In this document: positions 29,572-38,430 of the stretch, in pieces
How positions within the stretch are numbered: the stretch's first letter is position 1
Layout of the letters: each line of letters begins with the position of its first letter
Source: a bacterium
GTDB taxonomy: Bacteria; Zhuqueibacterota; Zhuqueibacteria; Residuimicrobiales; Krinioviventaceae
Assembly: GCA_963674595.2 (NCBI GenBank)
Contig: CAXXFV010000023.1
Span: 1-64,000 of the forward strand
Direction: 5' to 3'
Length of the DNA stretch: 64,000 nt
Program-made: the position numbers and the translations under genes
The notes under the pieces: model-generated
The model's database searches: none
Told to the model about the DNA's origin: nothing
What the model saw: the letters and a program-made list of their open reading frames with translations, nothing else

Positions 29572-30942
29572 TCAGGAATTGGATAGTTGAATAATTTCAT
29601 TTTTAAAAGCATCAATTAATGATTGTGTCTCCTGTTGCGTCGGCGATTCGGCAATAACGCGAATAATGGGTTCGGTATTGGAAGCACGAATATGTACCCA
29701 TGATTTTTCATAAAGAATTTTTACACCGTCGATTGTATCAATATTGTCCTGCTTGTGGGCATCGTGCAATTTCTGGACAATTAATTTTGCATTTACATCA
29801 AAGGGCAGTGCAATTTTGTCTTTGATCATTGTATATTTGGGTAAACCATCCTGAATTTGCGAGATTGTTTTTCCCGATTCCGTCATATACTGCAATACAA
29901 GGGCAATCCCGACAATAGCATCTCTTCCAAGATGCAATTCAGGGTATATAACACCGCCGTTACCTTCACCGGCCATAACAGCTTTGATTTCACGTGCTTT
30001 TGTTGCTACATGAATTTCTCCGACAGGTGTTCGGTAAACCTGGCTGTTATGTTTTTTAGCAATATCGTCAATAATTCGTGATGTTGAGGCGTTAACAACC
30101 ACATTTCCGGGAGTTTTAGACACAATGTATTCTGTTGTCAATGCCAGGGTCAGTTCCTCGCTCATGGGTTCGCCTTTTTCGTTCACTAGCGCTAACCTGT
30201 CAACGTCAGGATCAACAGCGATACCAAGGTCGGCTTTATGTGTTTTAACGGCCTGGCAAAGTTCACTCAGGTGGGCCGGGGTTGGTTCCGGATTCCTGGG
30301 AAAAAGTCCGTTAGGTTCCTGGTTTAAAAATATGGTTTTACAGCCCATGGCTTTTAACAGGGATGGTAATATCGTTCCACCGGCGCCGTTACAGCAGTCC
30401 GCAACAACTGTGAATTGTTTTTGCATTATAGTTGGCACATCAATGAGAGGTAAAGCAAGTGTTGCATTGATATGTCGTTCTATGGATAATATACAAGTTG
30501 TGCTTTTGCCGATTTTGTCCCATGATACAAAGTTATAGTCATCATTTTTTACACGTTCCAGGATTTTTTCACCCTGTTCCGCGTTTAAAAACAAGCCATC
30601 CGGGGCTAAAAGTTTTAGGGCGTTCCACTCTTTGGGATTGTGGCTGGCAGTTATAATAATGCCGCCTGAATTCGCGGGACGTTCTGTTGATAATTCCGTT
30701 GTCGGTGTCGGAACTATGCCGATGTCAACGGCATCACAACCGACTGATAATAACCCGGCTATAACAGCGTTTTTAACCATTTCTCCGGTTACGCGTGAAT
30801 CACGACCCACGACAATTTTCCCGGGTCCGAATTCACTGCCATAGGCTTGTGCAAATTTTAGAGCAACTTCCGGCGTTAAACCATCGCCAACTATTCCGCG
30901 AACGCCGGATACAGATATCATTAAATTTTTTAATTGTGTCAA
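29572..30942 (-). CDS. glmM: Phosphoglucosamine mutase / phosphohexomutase
   Basis: SVSGVRG, TASHNP, DPDVDRL, GEGNGG, RASNTEP. Probable TTG start at 30942 after AAGGGA. Confidence 0.85.
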   Translation of the reverse strand: MTQLKNLMISVSGVRGIVGDGLTPEVALKFAQAYGSEFGPGKIVVGRDSRVTGEMVKNAVIAGLLSVGCDAVDIGIVPTPTTELSTERPANSGGIIITASHNPKEWNALKLLAPDGLFLNAEQGEKILERVKNDDYNFVSWDKIGKSTTCILSIERHINATLALPLIDVPTIMQKQFTVVADCCNGAGGTILPSLLKAMGCKTIFLNQEPNGLFPRNPEPTPAHLSELCQAVKTHKADLGIAVDPDVDRLALVNEKGEPMSEELTLALTTEYIVSKTPGNVVVNASTSRIIDDIAKKHNSQVYRTPVGEIHVATKAREIKAVMAGEGNGGVIYPELHLGRDAIVGIALVLQYMTESGKTISQIQDGLPKYTMIKDKIALPFDVNAKLIVQKLHDAHKQDNIDTIDGVKILYEKSWVHIRASNTEPIIRVIAESPTQQETQSLIDAFKNEIIQLSNS

Positions 30943-31005
30943 TATTTTTCCCTTTGTTTTAAATTTCGTAAAAATAGAAATTATACGGCAAAATAGCAAG
31001 AAATT

Positions 31006-32556
31006 CTATTTATCCTCGGGCTTTAATAATATTATTTTTATTATCGGATTACCATTTTGGGTTGGGTATGGACCGTCAATAATTATCGGATAATTACCAA
31101 AGCTTTGCAACTGCGGCATGGTTTTGAAAAAAGAATTCTTTTCGTCGATTTTTATTTTATTCGTGTTGTTTGTCAATGTTCGCACAAGCGGAACAAGAAC
31201 ATAGCTTGTATCTTGAATCGTGTTATATGTTGAATCAAAATTTGTCTGTAAAAAATCAACTATATGTGTTTGATAGTTTTGCAGATTCGATATGTCCATA
31301 CTCAGACAGGAAGGAATGATGATGGTATCTCTTGGAGAAACATTTTTTATTATCCAGTTTGCTGCTTTGTTTCTGGAATCTTGAGTAAAATCAAAAATTT
31401 TTACAAGATTTTTGTATGGCAGCAAGCAAATAATGATTGTTATAAAGAGTATCTGAAAAATTAGTTTATATTTTTTGTGGTTAAAAGCGGATAGCATTTT
31501 CCATAACTCTACTATTCCGATTGAGATGAAAATTGAATAGATCGGGAAAAAGGAAAGAATGTTACGCACAAAATGCACGCGCTGCATGCTCATAAATAAA
31601 AAAAACGTGACAGGAAAAGAGAGCAGCAAAAGTATCTTTTTAGGCAATTTTTTGATGCTTTGAAATATTCCAAAAATGCCGATAAGAAACAGCGGCAGGC
31701 CAAAGTCGTTTATAATTGTTTTTAAATAATAAAGAAATTGCACAATTCCCGGCGTGCTTTCGAACCCCGGATGACCCTGTTTGTAATGAGCGAATTCGAA
31801 TTTAATATCCAGCAGAAATTTATGAAAATCCAAAACACTAAAGGGAACGACCGCAATAAATGCCAGAACAAAGAGGCCGGCAAAAATTAAGAGTTTTTGA
31901 ATTTTGTCTTTACTTTGTATAAGAATGTACAGAAAAAAGGGAATCGATATAAAAGCAAGATTGTATTTGCAGCCGACTGCCAGTCCGCAAAAAACGGCCG
32001 GGATGATGATGTTGTGTATTAGTGAATCTTTATGAAAAAAATAAGCGAACCAAAATAAAGCAAGGGTGATAAAAAATGTTCCATACATGTCGACATTTAT
32101 ATATGCCCATGAAAAGTATAAAAATTGTCCGGACAGGATCAAAACCAGAGGGGTTAATATGAGCAAAAATTTGTTTTTAAAAAGAAAAAAAGCAATAAAT
32201 CCGCTCATGATTACAATAAGGCTGGACAGTATGGCCAGCAAAAATTTCCCCGGCAATAAGACGTTTCGCGGATGGTAATAGGGAAATCCCAGTGAAACGT
32301 TTTGGTTTTGGCTGTTTGTTGTTGCGAGTCCGATTTTTAATGCAAGGGTGTTGATATAAATCGGTAGCGATGGATAGTTAAAGAACTGCGGATTTAAACT
32401 GCCGGTTTGCAGAATACGCATGGCGTTATTGTTTATTGCAGATTCATCAACATGCAGCGGGTAGGGATTTGTGTTTAAAATATGAGTGATTCGAATTGAC
32501 AGAGCAATCAGGAAAAGAATAATGATTATGCAGAGAGTGCTTTTATGTGAACTCAT
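31006..32556 (-). CDS. GT-C fold membrane glycosyltransferase (PMT_2/ArnT/GT39-like)
   Basis: HVDE acidic loop, FFNYPSL, GLAVGCKY, many TM helices; noticeably AT-rich. Confidence 0.8.
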   Translation of the reverse strand: MSSHKSTLCIIIILFLIALSIRITHILNTNPYPLHVDESAINNNAMRILQTGSLNPQFFNYPSLPIYINTLALKIGLATTNSQNQNVSLGFPYYHPRNVLLPGKFLLAILSSLIVIMSGFIAFFLFKNKFLLILTPLVLILSGQFLYFSWAYINVDMYGTFFITLALFWFAYFFHKDSLIHNIIIPAVFCGLAVGCKYNLAFISIPFFLYILIQSKDKIQKLLIFAGLFVLAFIAVVPFSVLDFHKFLLDIKFEFAHYKQGHPGFESTPGIVQFLYYLKTIINDFGLPLFLIGIFGIFQSIKKLPKKILLLLSFPVTFFLFMSMQRVHFVRNILSFFPIYSIFISIGIVELWKMLSAFNHKKYKLIFQILFITIIICLLPYKNLVKIFDFTQDSRNKAANWIIKNVSPRDTIIIPSCLSMDISNLQNYQTHIVDFLQTNFDSTYNTIQDTSYVLVPLVRTLTNNTNKIKIDEKNSFFKTMPQLQSFGNYPIIIDGPYPTQNGNPIIKIILLKPEDK

Positions 32557-32702
32557 ATTTTATTAGACTAATATTAGGTTATTATATGATTTATAGAAAT
32601 ATAGGTGTAATTTTTACAAAAAGATAGCAATAATAAAAGTGGTATCAAAATAAATTTTCTGTTTTACAGGAATTTAAAAATATCAAAATGAAAATAAAAG
32701 CA

Positions 32703-32731
32703 TTGACAAATTTAAATTGAATTGCTATTTT
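32703..32731 (+). promoter_or_regulatory. Sigma70-type promoter of the regulator/glycan locus
   Basis: TTGACA (32703-32708), 17 bp spacer, TATTTT preceded by an extended TGn. Confidence 0.65.
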
Positions 32732-32737
32732 GTCACA

Positions 32738-32758
32738 ACTAGGTATACCAGGTATGCT
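32738..32758. promoter_or_regulatory. Putative GntR-family operator
   Basis: ACTAGGTATACCAGGTATGC, with palindromic core GGTATACC just downstream of the -10 element. Resembles GntR/FadR-type GGT-N-ACC sites. Confidence 0.55.
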
Positions 32759-32777
32759 TTTAAGATTGGATCAATAA

Positions 32778-33863
32778 ATGCCCCGTTCATTTCCTTTATA
32801 TGAAAAAGTCGCCGAGTCAATTCGAGAAAAAATTTTAAGCGGTAAGCTGCCCGTTAATACAAGGCTCTCTTCTCAAAAGGAGCTTGCCGAAACTTATAAC
32901 GTGAGTCTTATAACAGTTAAAAGGGCATTGTTGGAGCTTGTTAACGAAGGACTGCTTATCGGTCAACCTGGAAAAGGGGTTTTTGTAAAAAGCATTCAAC
33001 AACCAAAACAACATAACGTTGAAACGAAACCATGTATCGGCGTTGTTATTACCGAATTATTAAGTCCGTTTTATTCAAAAGTATTAAGTGGTGTTGAAAA
33101 AGAAGCATCGCAAAATGATTACATTGTGCTTTTTTCAAATCCAAATCGTAAAGATGACGACGAAGTACAGCAAATAAACCGATTTCTTGAAGCAGGCGTA
33201 AAAGGTGTTGTTGTCGCTTCAAGAAAATGTAATCAGCAAGTTCCGCCGTTTTTAGATGAGTTGCGTAAAAATGAAATACCACTGGTTTTTGTTTCCTATA
33301 TTTCTGATTTATCCATGAATTATATCGGCAGCGACCATCAAAAGGGCGCCTATTTAGCGACTGATTTTTTAATTAAACGAAAATATCAGCATATTGCTTA
33401 TGTTACACCGGAACTTCATAACCCACTCAGTGAACTACGCTTTCGCGGCTATCGTGAAGCGCTGTTTGATGATGGCAGAGAGCAAAAAGACCTGAGTGTT
33501 TTTTCTTTAAAAACTGACTTGTCTTATAATCGTTTCGAGGCCGGTTATGAATTGGGCCTTCAAATAGTAATGTCTGATAACCGTCCTGACGCAATCTTTG
33601 CCTTTTCTGATTTGGTTGCTTTGGGATTAAAAAGGGCATTTTTGGAACAAAATATTCGCGTTCCGGATGATTTAGCGATTGTGGGTTTTGATGATATTCC
33701 CATGGCGCAACATTCGGTTATTCCGTTAACGACTGTCAGGCAGCCGTTGGAAAAAATAGGCAGTTTGGCGTTCGATACATTACTGCGTAAAATAAATGGT
33801 GATAATTCAAGTACACGAATTGCATTAATGCCGGAATTGATCATACGTTCATCAACCCGGTAA
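32778..33863 (+). CDS. GntR-wHTH / LacI-sensor hybrid transcriptional regulator (AraR type)
   Basis: N-terminal ELAETYNVSLITVKRAL...GKGVFV; C-terminal PDAIFAFSD..A.G, VPDDLAIVGFDD, LTTVRQP. Confidence 0.92.
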   Translation: MPRSFPLYEKVAESIREKILSGKLPVNTRLSSQKELAETYNVSLITVKRALLELVNEGLLIGQPGKGVFVKSIQQPKQHNVETKPCIGVVITELLSPFYSKVLSGVEKEASQNDYIVLFSNPNRKDDDEVQQINRFLEAGVKGVVVASRKCNQQVPPFLDELRKNEIPLVFVSYISDLSMNYIGSDHQKGAYLATDFLIKRKYQHIAYVTPELHNPLSELRFRGYREALFDDGREQKDLSVFSLKTDLSYNRFEAGYELGLQIVMSDNRPDAIFAFSDLVALGLKRAFLEQNIRVPDDLAIVGFDDIPMAQHSVIPLTTVRQPLEKIGSLAFDTLLRKINGDNSSTRIALMPELIIRSSTR

Positions 33864-33890
33864 ATTTATTTAATATTTTGAGAGTTTTTT

Positions 33891-35486
33891 TTGGGCTTTG
33901 GCGTCTGGGATTTTATTGTAATTATTGTTTTTTTTGTGGTCGTTTTGACCATAGGTTCTTTGGCATTTAAAAAAGTCCGTACAATTGATGATTTTTATCT
34001 TGGCGGCCGTCGGTTTGGAAAGCTGTTATCTATTGCCCAGAGCTTTGGTACCGGGACCAATGCGGCACAGCTTATTCTGGTAGCAGGCGCATCCTATCAA
34101 TTAGGTATTGCCGGAATCTGGTATCAGTGGTACTGGTTGTTTTTAACACCGTTTTTTTGGCTTTTAGCGCCGGTTTACCGCCGAATGGGTTATGTTACCC
34201 TGGCTGATTTTTTTCAGGAACGATATGGCGACCGTGTTGGACGCAGTTATGCACTGGTTGGATTGTTATATATTATCATAAATTCCGGCCTGATGTTAAA
34301 AAGTATCGGTATTACCATTGAAGCAATTACCGATGGTAAAGTACCTTTTGCGACTTCGATTATAACCGTATCCACTATGATTGTGATTTATGGACTGACC
34401 GGCGGATTATTCGCCGCTGCGTTAACCGACCTTATTCAAGGTGTGATTACAATTATTTTTTCCTTTATTATTGTGCCTTTTGCGCTCGCTCGGATCGGCG
34501 GATTTTCTGCTTTGCATCAACAGTTGCCGGCAAATATGTTTGATATGTTTGCTATTAGTGAAGTTACACCGTTTTTTTTAATAGCAACAACAATAAATGG
34601 CTTTGTGGCTATGGCTGTTTACCCTCATCACATGGCCATGATGGGATCAGCCAAAGATGAGTTAACGGCACGTATCGGTTGGGTTGGTGGAACGTTTATA
34701 AAGCGGTTTATAACCATTGGATGGGTTTTTACCGGAATTTTTTGTGCTGTTCTGTTTCCCGGACTTGGTGTGGCAGAGCGCGATATGGCCTTTGGATTAA
34801 TTATTAAAGAGTTTATTCCTGCCGGACTTTTAGGATTTATGATAGCGGCTTTGCTGGCGTCTATTATGTCAAGCTGTGACGCTTATATGCTATCCGGTGC
34901 TGCCCTGGTAACACAGAATTTAAGCCCGCTTTTTCGTAGTGAAAAGTTAAAATCCTTATTAGGAGCGCGTATTTTTTCAATCATTGTTTTGGGCTGTTCG
35001 GTGTTGTTTGCTTTTTTTATTCCGTCTCTTACGGATGGTCTCAAGATTTTATGGCGTGTCATGGCGCTATTCGGAATCGCTTTTTGGGCAGGCATTTTAT
35101 GGCCAAAGGCAAATGCCACAGGCGCTGTGGCAAGTATTTTTTCCGCTTTTTTTGTAATAATGGTAACAGGGGATATAAATGGTTTTGGTTTGCACTGGTC
35201 GATAGAAAAGCAAATATCCGCCTATTTGCCAATTGGTTTAATAGCGATGATTATCGGAAGTCATTTTACAAATCGTGCTTCCCAAAACAAATTAAAGGAT
35301 AAAGTACCCAAAAGTTTAATTGTTGACAGTGTATCAGGAAGAACTGGTTTGCTGTTATTGGATATATTTAACACAAAATTAGAAAAGTTATGGTCTTTAT
35401 ATAAAATTGATATCGGGGGTGTTTTAGTTTCTTTACTGATCATTATATTATTATCAGGTTTATTGTACTTGTTAACAATATTATAA
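33891..35486 (+). CDS. Sodium:solute symporter family protein
   Basis: DFYLGGR, TLADFFQERYG, GGL.A..TDLIQ, LLASIMSS; TTG start. Confidence 0.88.
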   Translation: MGFGVWDFIVIIVFFVVVLTIGSLAFKKVRTIDDFYLGGRRFGKLLSIAQSFGTGTNAAQLILVAGASYQLGIAGIWYQWYWLFLTPFFWLLAPVYRRMGYVTLADFFQERYGDRVGRSYALVGLLYIIINSGLMLKSIGITIEAITDGKVPFATSIITVSTMIVIYGLTGGLFAAALTDLIQGVITIIFSFIIVPFALARIGGFSALHQQLPANMFDMFAISEVTPFFLIATTINGFVAMAVYPHHMAMMGSAKDELTARIGWVGGTFIKRFITIGWVFTGIFCAVLFPGLGVAERDMAFGLIIKEFIPAGLLGFMIAALLASIMSSCDAYMLSGAALVTQNLSPLFRSEKLKSLLGARIFSIIVLGCSVLFAFFIPSLTDGLKILWRVMALFGIAFWAGILWPKANATGAVASIFSAFFVIMVTGDINGFGLHWSIEKQISAYLPIGLIAMIIGSHFTNRASQNKLKDKVPKSLIVDSVSGRTGLLLLDIFNTKLEKLWSLYKIDIGGVLVSLLIIILLSGLLYLLTIL

Positions 35487-35499
35487 AACAGGAAGACTT

Positions 35500-38334
35500 A
35501 TGAAAAAATGTTTATTCATAATTTTACTCGTTTCCAGTCTCAATTCATACGCCGGCATTACCGGAAAAATTGTTGGTAAAGTGGTAGAAGCCGAAACCGG
35601 TACGGCTTTACCCGGTGCAAATGTGCAGCTAAGCGGAACAATGAAAGGCGCAGCAACAAATCTGGATGGTGAGTTCCGAATAGTGAACCTTCAGCCCGGC
35701 AAATATACCCTTGTTACAACATATATTGGATATAAACAAAACAGTATGGAAATTACCATCAGCCCGAAACAAACTCTATCCATTAAGGTTGAAATGGTTT
35801 TTGAAACACTCAAAGGTGAAGAGGTTGTTGTAACAGCGCAGCTTGAGGGCCAGGCACGTGCCATAAATCAGCAAATAGCCTCCAACACTATTGTGAATGT
35901 TGTTTCTCCGGACAAAATTCAGGAACTGCCGGACCAGAATGCTGCCGAATCTCTTGGACGACTTCCCGGTATATCCGTTCAACGTGATGCCGGTGAAGGA
36001 CAAAAAGTTGTGGTTCGTGGTTTGTCCCCCAAGTTTAATTCTATTACTGTTAATGGCGAACGTATCCCGTCAACGGATGAGGAGGACCGTTCTGTTGATT
36101 TGAGTATGATTTCTCCTGATATTTTGGCCGGAATTGAAGTATATAAAGCATTAACACCGGATAAAGACGGTGATGCCGTCGGTGGTACGATTAATTTTAC
36201 AATTCGCAAGGCCCCGGAAAATTTTCATGGTGATGTACGTCTTCAAACAGGATATAATGACCATGAAGAAAAATTTGGACTTTATAAAGGCAGTTTTAGT
36301 GTCAGTAATCGGTTTCTTAATAATAAAATAGGTGTTTTGTTTACCGGAAACACTCAACGGGCAGACAGAAGTTCAGACCTTTTGGATGCCAGTTATACTT
36401 TTTCAAAAGATAAAGGTGACGAACGGGGCACTGTAGAGGTTGCCGATTTAAACCTTGTAGACCGTCTTGAAACCCGTGACAGATATGGCGCCAGCATAGC
36501 CGTAGATTATGATCTGGAAAATGGCCAGATTTTATTCAGCAGTTTTTGGGGCCTCACAGAAAGAGATGAAATTCGCCGTCGCAAACGATATAGGGTTGGT
36601 GAAGCCAGAGTACAATATGATATGCGGGACCGGGAAATAAATACTTCCCTATACACTAATTCTTTAAGCGGTACTCATATTTATAAAAGCCTGGAAATTG
36701 AATGGCGTGGTTCCTATTCGAAAACCAAGCAGAATATGCCATTCTCTCACTATGCTTATTTTCAGGAAAAAGCGCCGTTTTACAATAATATTATAACGGA
36801 CAAGGGACCGACATATATACCTGAAGGTGCCAAAAATAATCTCGATGAAACCTATTTTAAACGTGGTTTCTTGGATGAGCTGTATGTAAAAGATAAAGAT
36901 TGGACGGCTCAACTTAATGTTAAATATCCGTTCACTTTTGGACCAAAGATTTCAGGTTACATAAAAGCAGGCGGAAAAATACGCGATAAAGAAAGAATCC
37001 GGGACATTACACAATATATGACCGATCATTTGGAGTTTGTGGATGTTGTTGATATATATAATGCTGATCCCGCCGGTTTTTACAGAGATCTTGTAATTAC
37101 GGATGATGATCGTATTGGAATTAAAAGTTTTATTAATCCTGGTTTTAGTACCGGTGATTTTTTAAACGGTCAATATGAATTCGGACCGGGATTAGATGTT
37201 GATCAACTCAATGAATTCAAAGACTATTATCGCAGCAAGTATTATTTAAATACTGTTATTGATCTTGAAGATTACACGGCCAGTGAACAAATTAAAGCCG
37301 GTTATTTTATGTCGGAGATCAGCTTTTTTGAAAAAATTATGATTTTGGGCGGTCTTCGTTATGAAAAGACAAATAATGATTATGTCAGTATCTGGGGAAC
37401 GCCTGTTTCCACGAGCGGTACAACGACCATTGCATCCGCCTCTGACACGACCGGTAAAAGGAGCTACGAAGAAGTACTGCCTATGATACATTTACGAATT
37501 AAACCCTTGCAGTGGTTTGATATTCGTTTGGCAATGACAAAATCTCTTTCAAGACCGAACTATATTAATCTGGTCCCCTGGAGGGCTGTTTATCAGGGTG
37601 AAAATGAGATGGAACAGGGTAATCCAAACCTTATGCATACAAAATCCTGGAACTATGATGCGTTTTTATCTTTTTACAATCGGCTGGGTTTGTTTACCAT
37701 CGGCGGATTTTATAAAAAATTGACGGATATTGATTATCTGTATGTTCACAGAGTTCTTGATAAAACAGATCCATATTATGGTTATAATTTAACAGAGCCG
37801 GTGAATTCGCAATCCGATACAGAGGTTAAGGGATATGAACTTGAAGTGCAGACGAATTTGAAATTCTTACCCAGCCCGTTGGATGGTATTGTCCTTTATT
37901 CCAATTATTCACATATAAAATCAGAAACATTTTTCCCCTATTTTGAAATTGGTCCCAGAAGTACGGAACCACCTTATCAACCGACAATTATAGATACAGT
38001 TCGTGCCGGAAGGATGCCCGGTCAGGCGGATGATATTCTTAATTTTTCTATTGGTTATGAAAAGGGAGGGTTTTCCGGCCGTATATCCTTTACTTACCAG
38101 GGTGATATTATACAGACTATAGGGGAGAGAAGTGAGCTTGATGGTTTTATAGATTCTTTTTCACGATGGGACCTTGCTCTTCAGCAGAAAGTTTATAAAC
38201 AGACGAGTATTTTTCTGAATATTAATAACCTGACTGATGAAAAAGAAGCTGCATATTTGGGAATAGAGAGTTTTACCACACGTGCCGAATATTTTGGCAT
38301 GACAGCTGATTTAGGAATTCGTTACAAGTTTTAA
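35500..38334 (+). CDS. TonB-dependent receptor with N-terminal carboxypeptidase-like domain
   Basis: LPDQNAAESLGRLPG, VRGL, IEVYKALTPD.DGDA.GG plug motifs; C-terminal GIRYKF. Confidence 0.93.
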   Translation: MKKCLFIILLVSSLNSYAGITGKIVGKVVEAETGTALPGANVQLSGTMKGAATNLDGEFRIVNLQPGKYTLVTTYIGYKQNSMEITISPKQTLSIKVEMVFETLKGEEVVVTAQLEGQARAINQQIASNTIVNVVSPDKIQELPDQNAAESLGRLPGISVQRDAGEGQKVVVRGLSPKFNSITVNGERIPSTDEEDRSVDLSMISPDILAGIEVYKALTPDKDGDAVGGTINFTIRKAPENFHGDVRLQTGYNDHEEKFGLYKGSFSVSNRFLNNKIGVLFTGNTQRADRSSDLLDASYTFSKDKGDERGTVEVADLNLVDRLETRDRYGASIAVDYDLENGQILFSSFWGLTERDEIRRRKRYRVGEARVQYDMRDREINTSLYTNSLSGTHIYKSLEIEWRGSYSKTKQNMPFSHYAYFQEKAPFYNNIITDKGPTYIPEGAKNNLDETYFKRGFLDELYVKDKDWTAQLNVKYPFTFGPKISGYIKAGGKIRDKERIRDITQYMTDHLEFVDVVDIYNADPAGFYRDLVITDDDRIGIKSFINPGFSTGDFLNGQYEFGPGLDVDQLNEFKDYYRSKYYLNTVIDLEDYTASEQIKAGYFMSEISFFEKIMILGGLRYEKTNNDYVSIWGTPVSTSGTTTIASASDTTGKRSYEEVLPMIHLRIKPLQWFDIRLAMTKSLSRPNYINLVPWRAVYQGENEMEQGNPNLMHTKSWNYDAFLSFYNRLGLFTIGGFYKKLTDIDYLYVHRVLDKTDPYYGYNLTEPVNSQSDTEVKGYELEVQTNLKFLPSPLDGIVLYSNYSHIKSETFFPYFEIGPRSTEPPYQPTIIDTVRAGRMPGQADDILNFSIGYEKGGFSGRISFTYQGDIIQTIGERSELDGFIDSFSRWDLALQQKVYKQTSIFLNINNLTDEKEAAYLGIESFTTRAEYFGMTADLGIRYKF

Positions 38335-38430
38335 AGATTAAATTAAAATTTGTTGAAAGAAAGGAGGAAGCAGGATTTTTTTTAAAAAATAATAGTAACA
38401 AATCGTTGAATTTAAGAGGAGGTTCCACAA

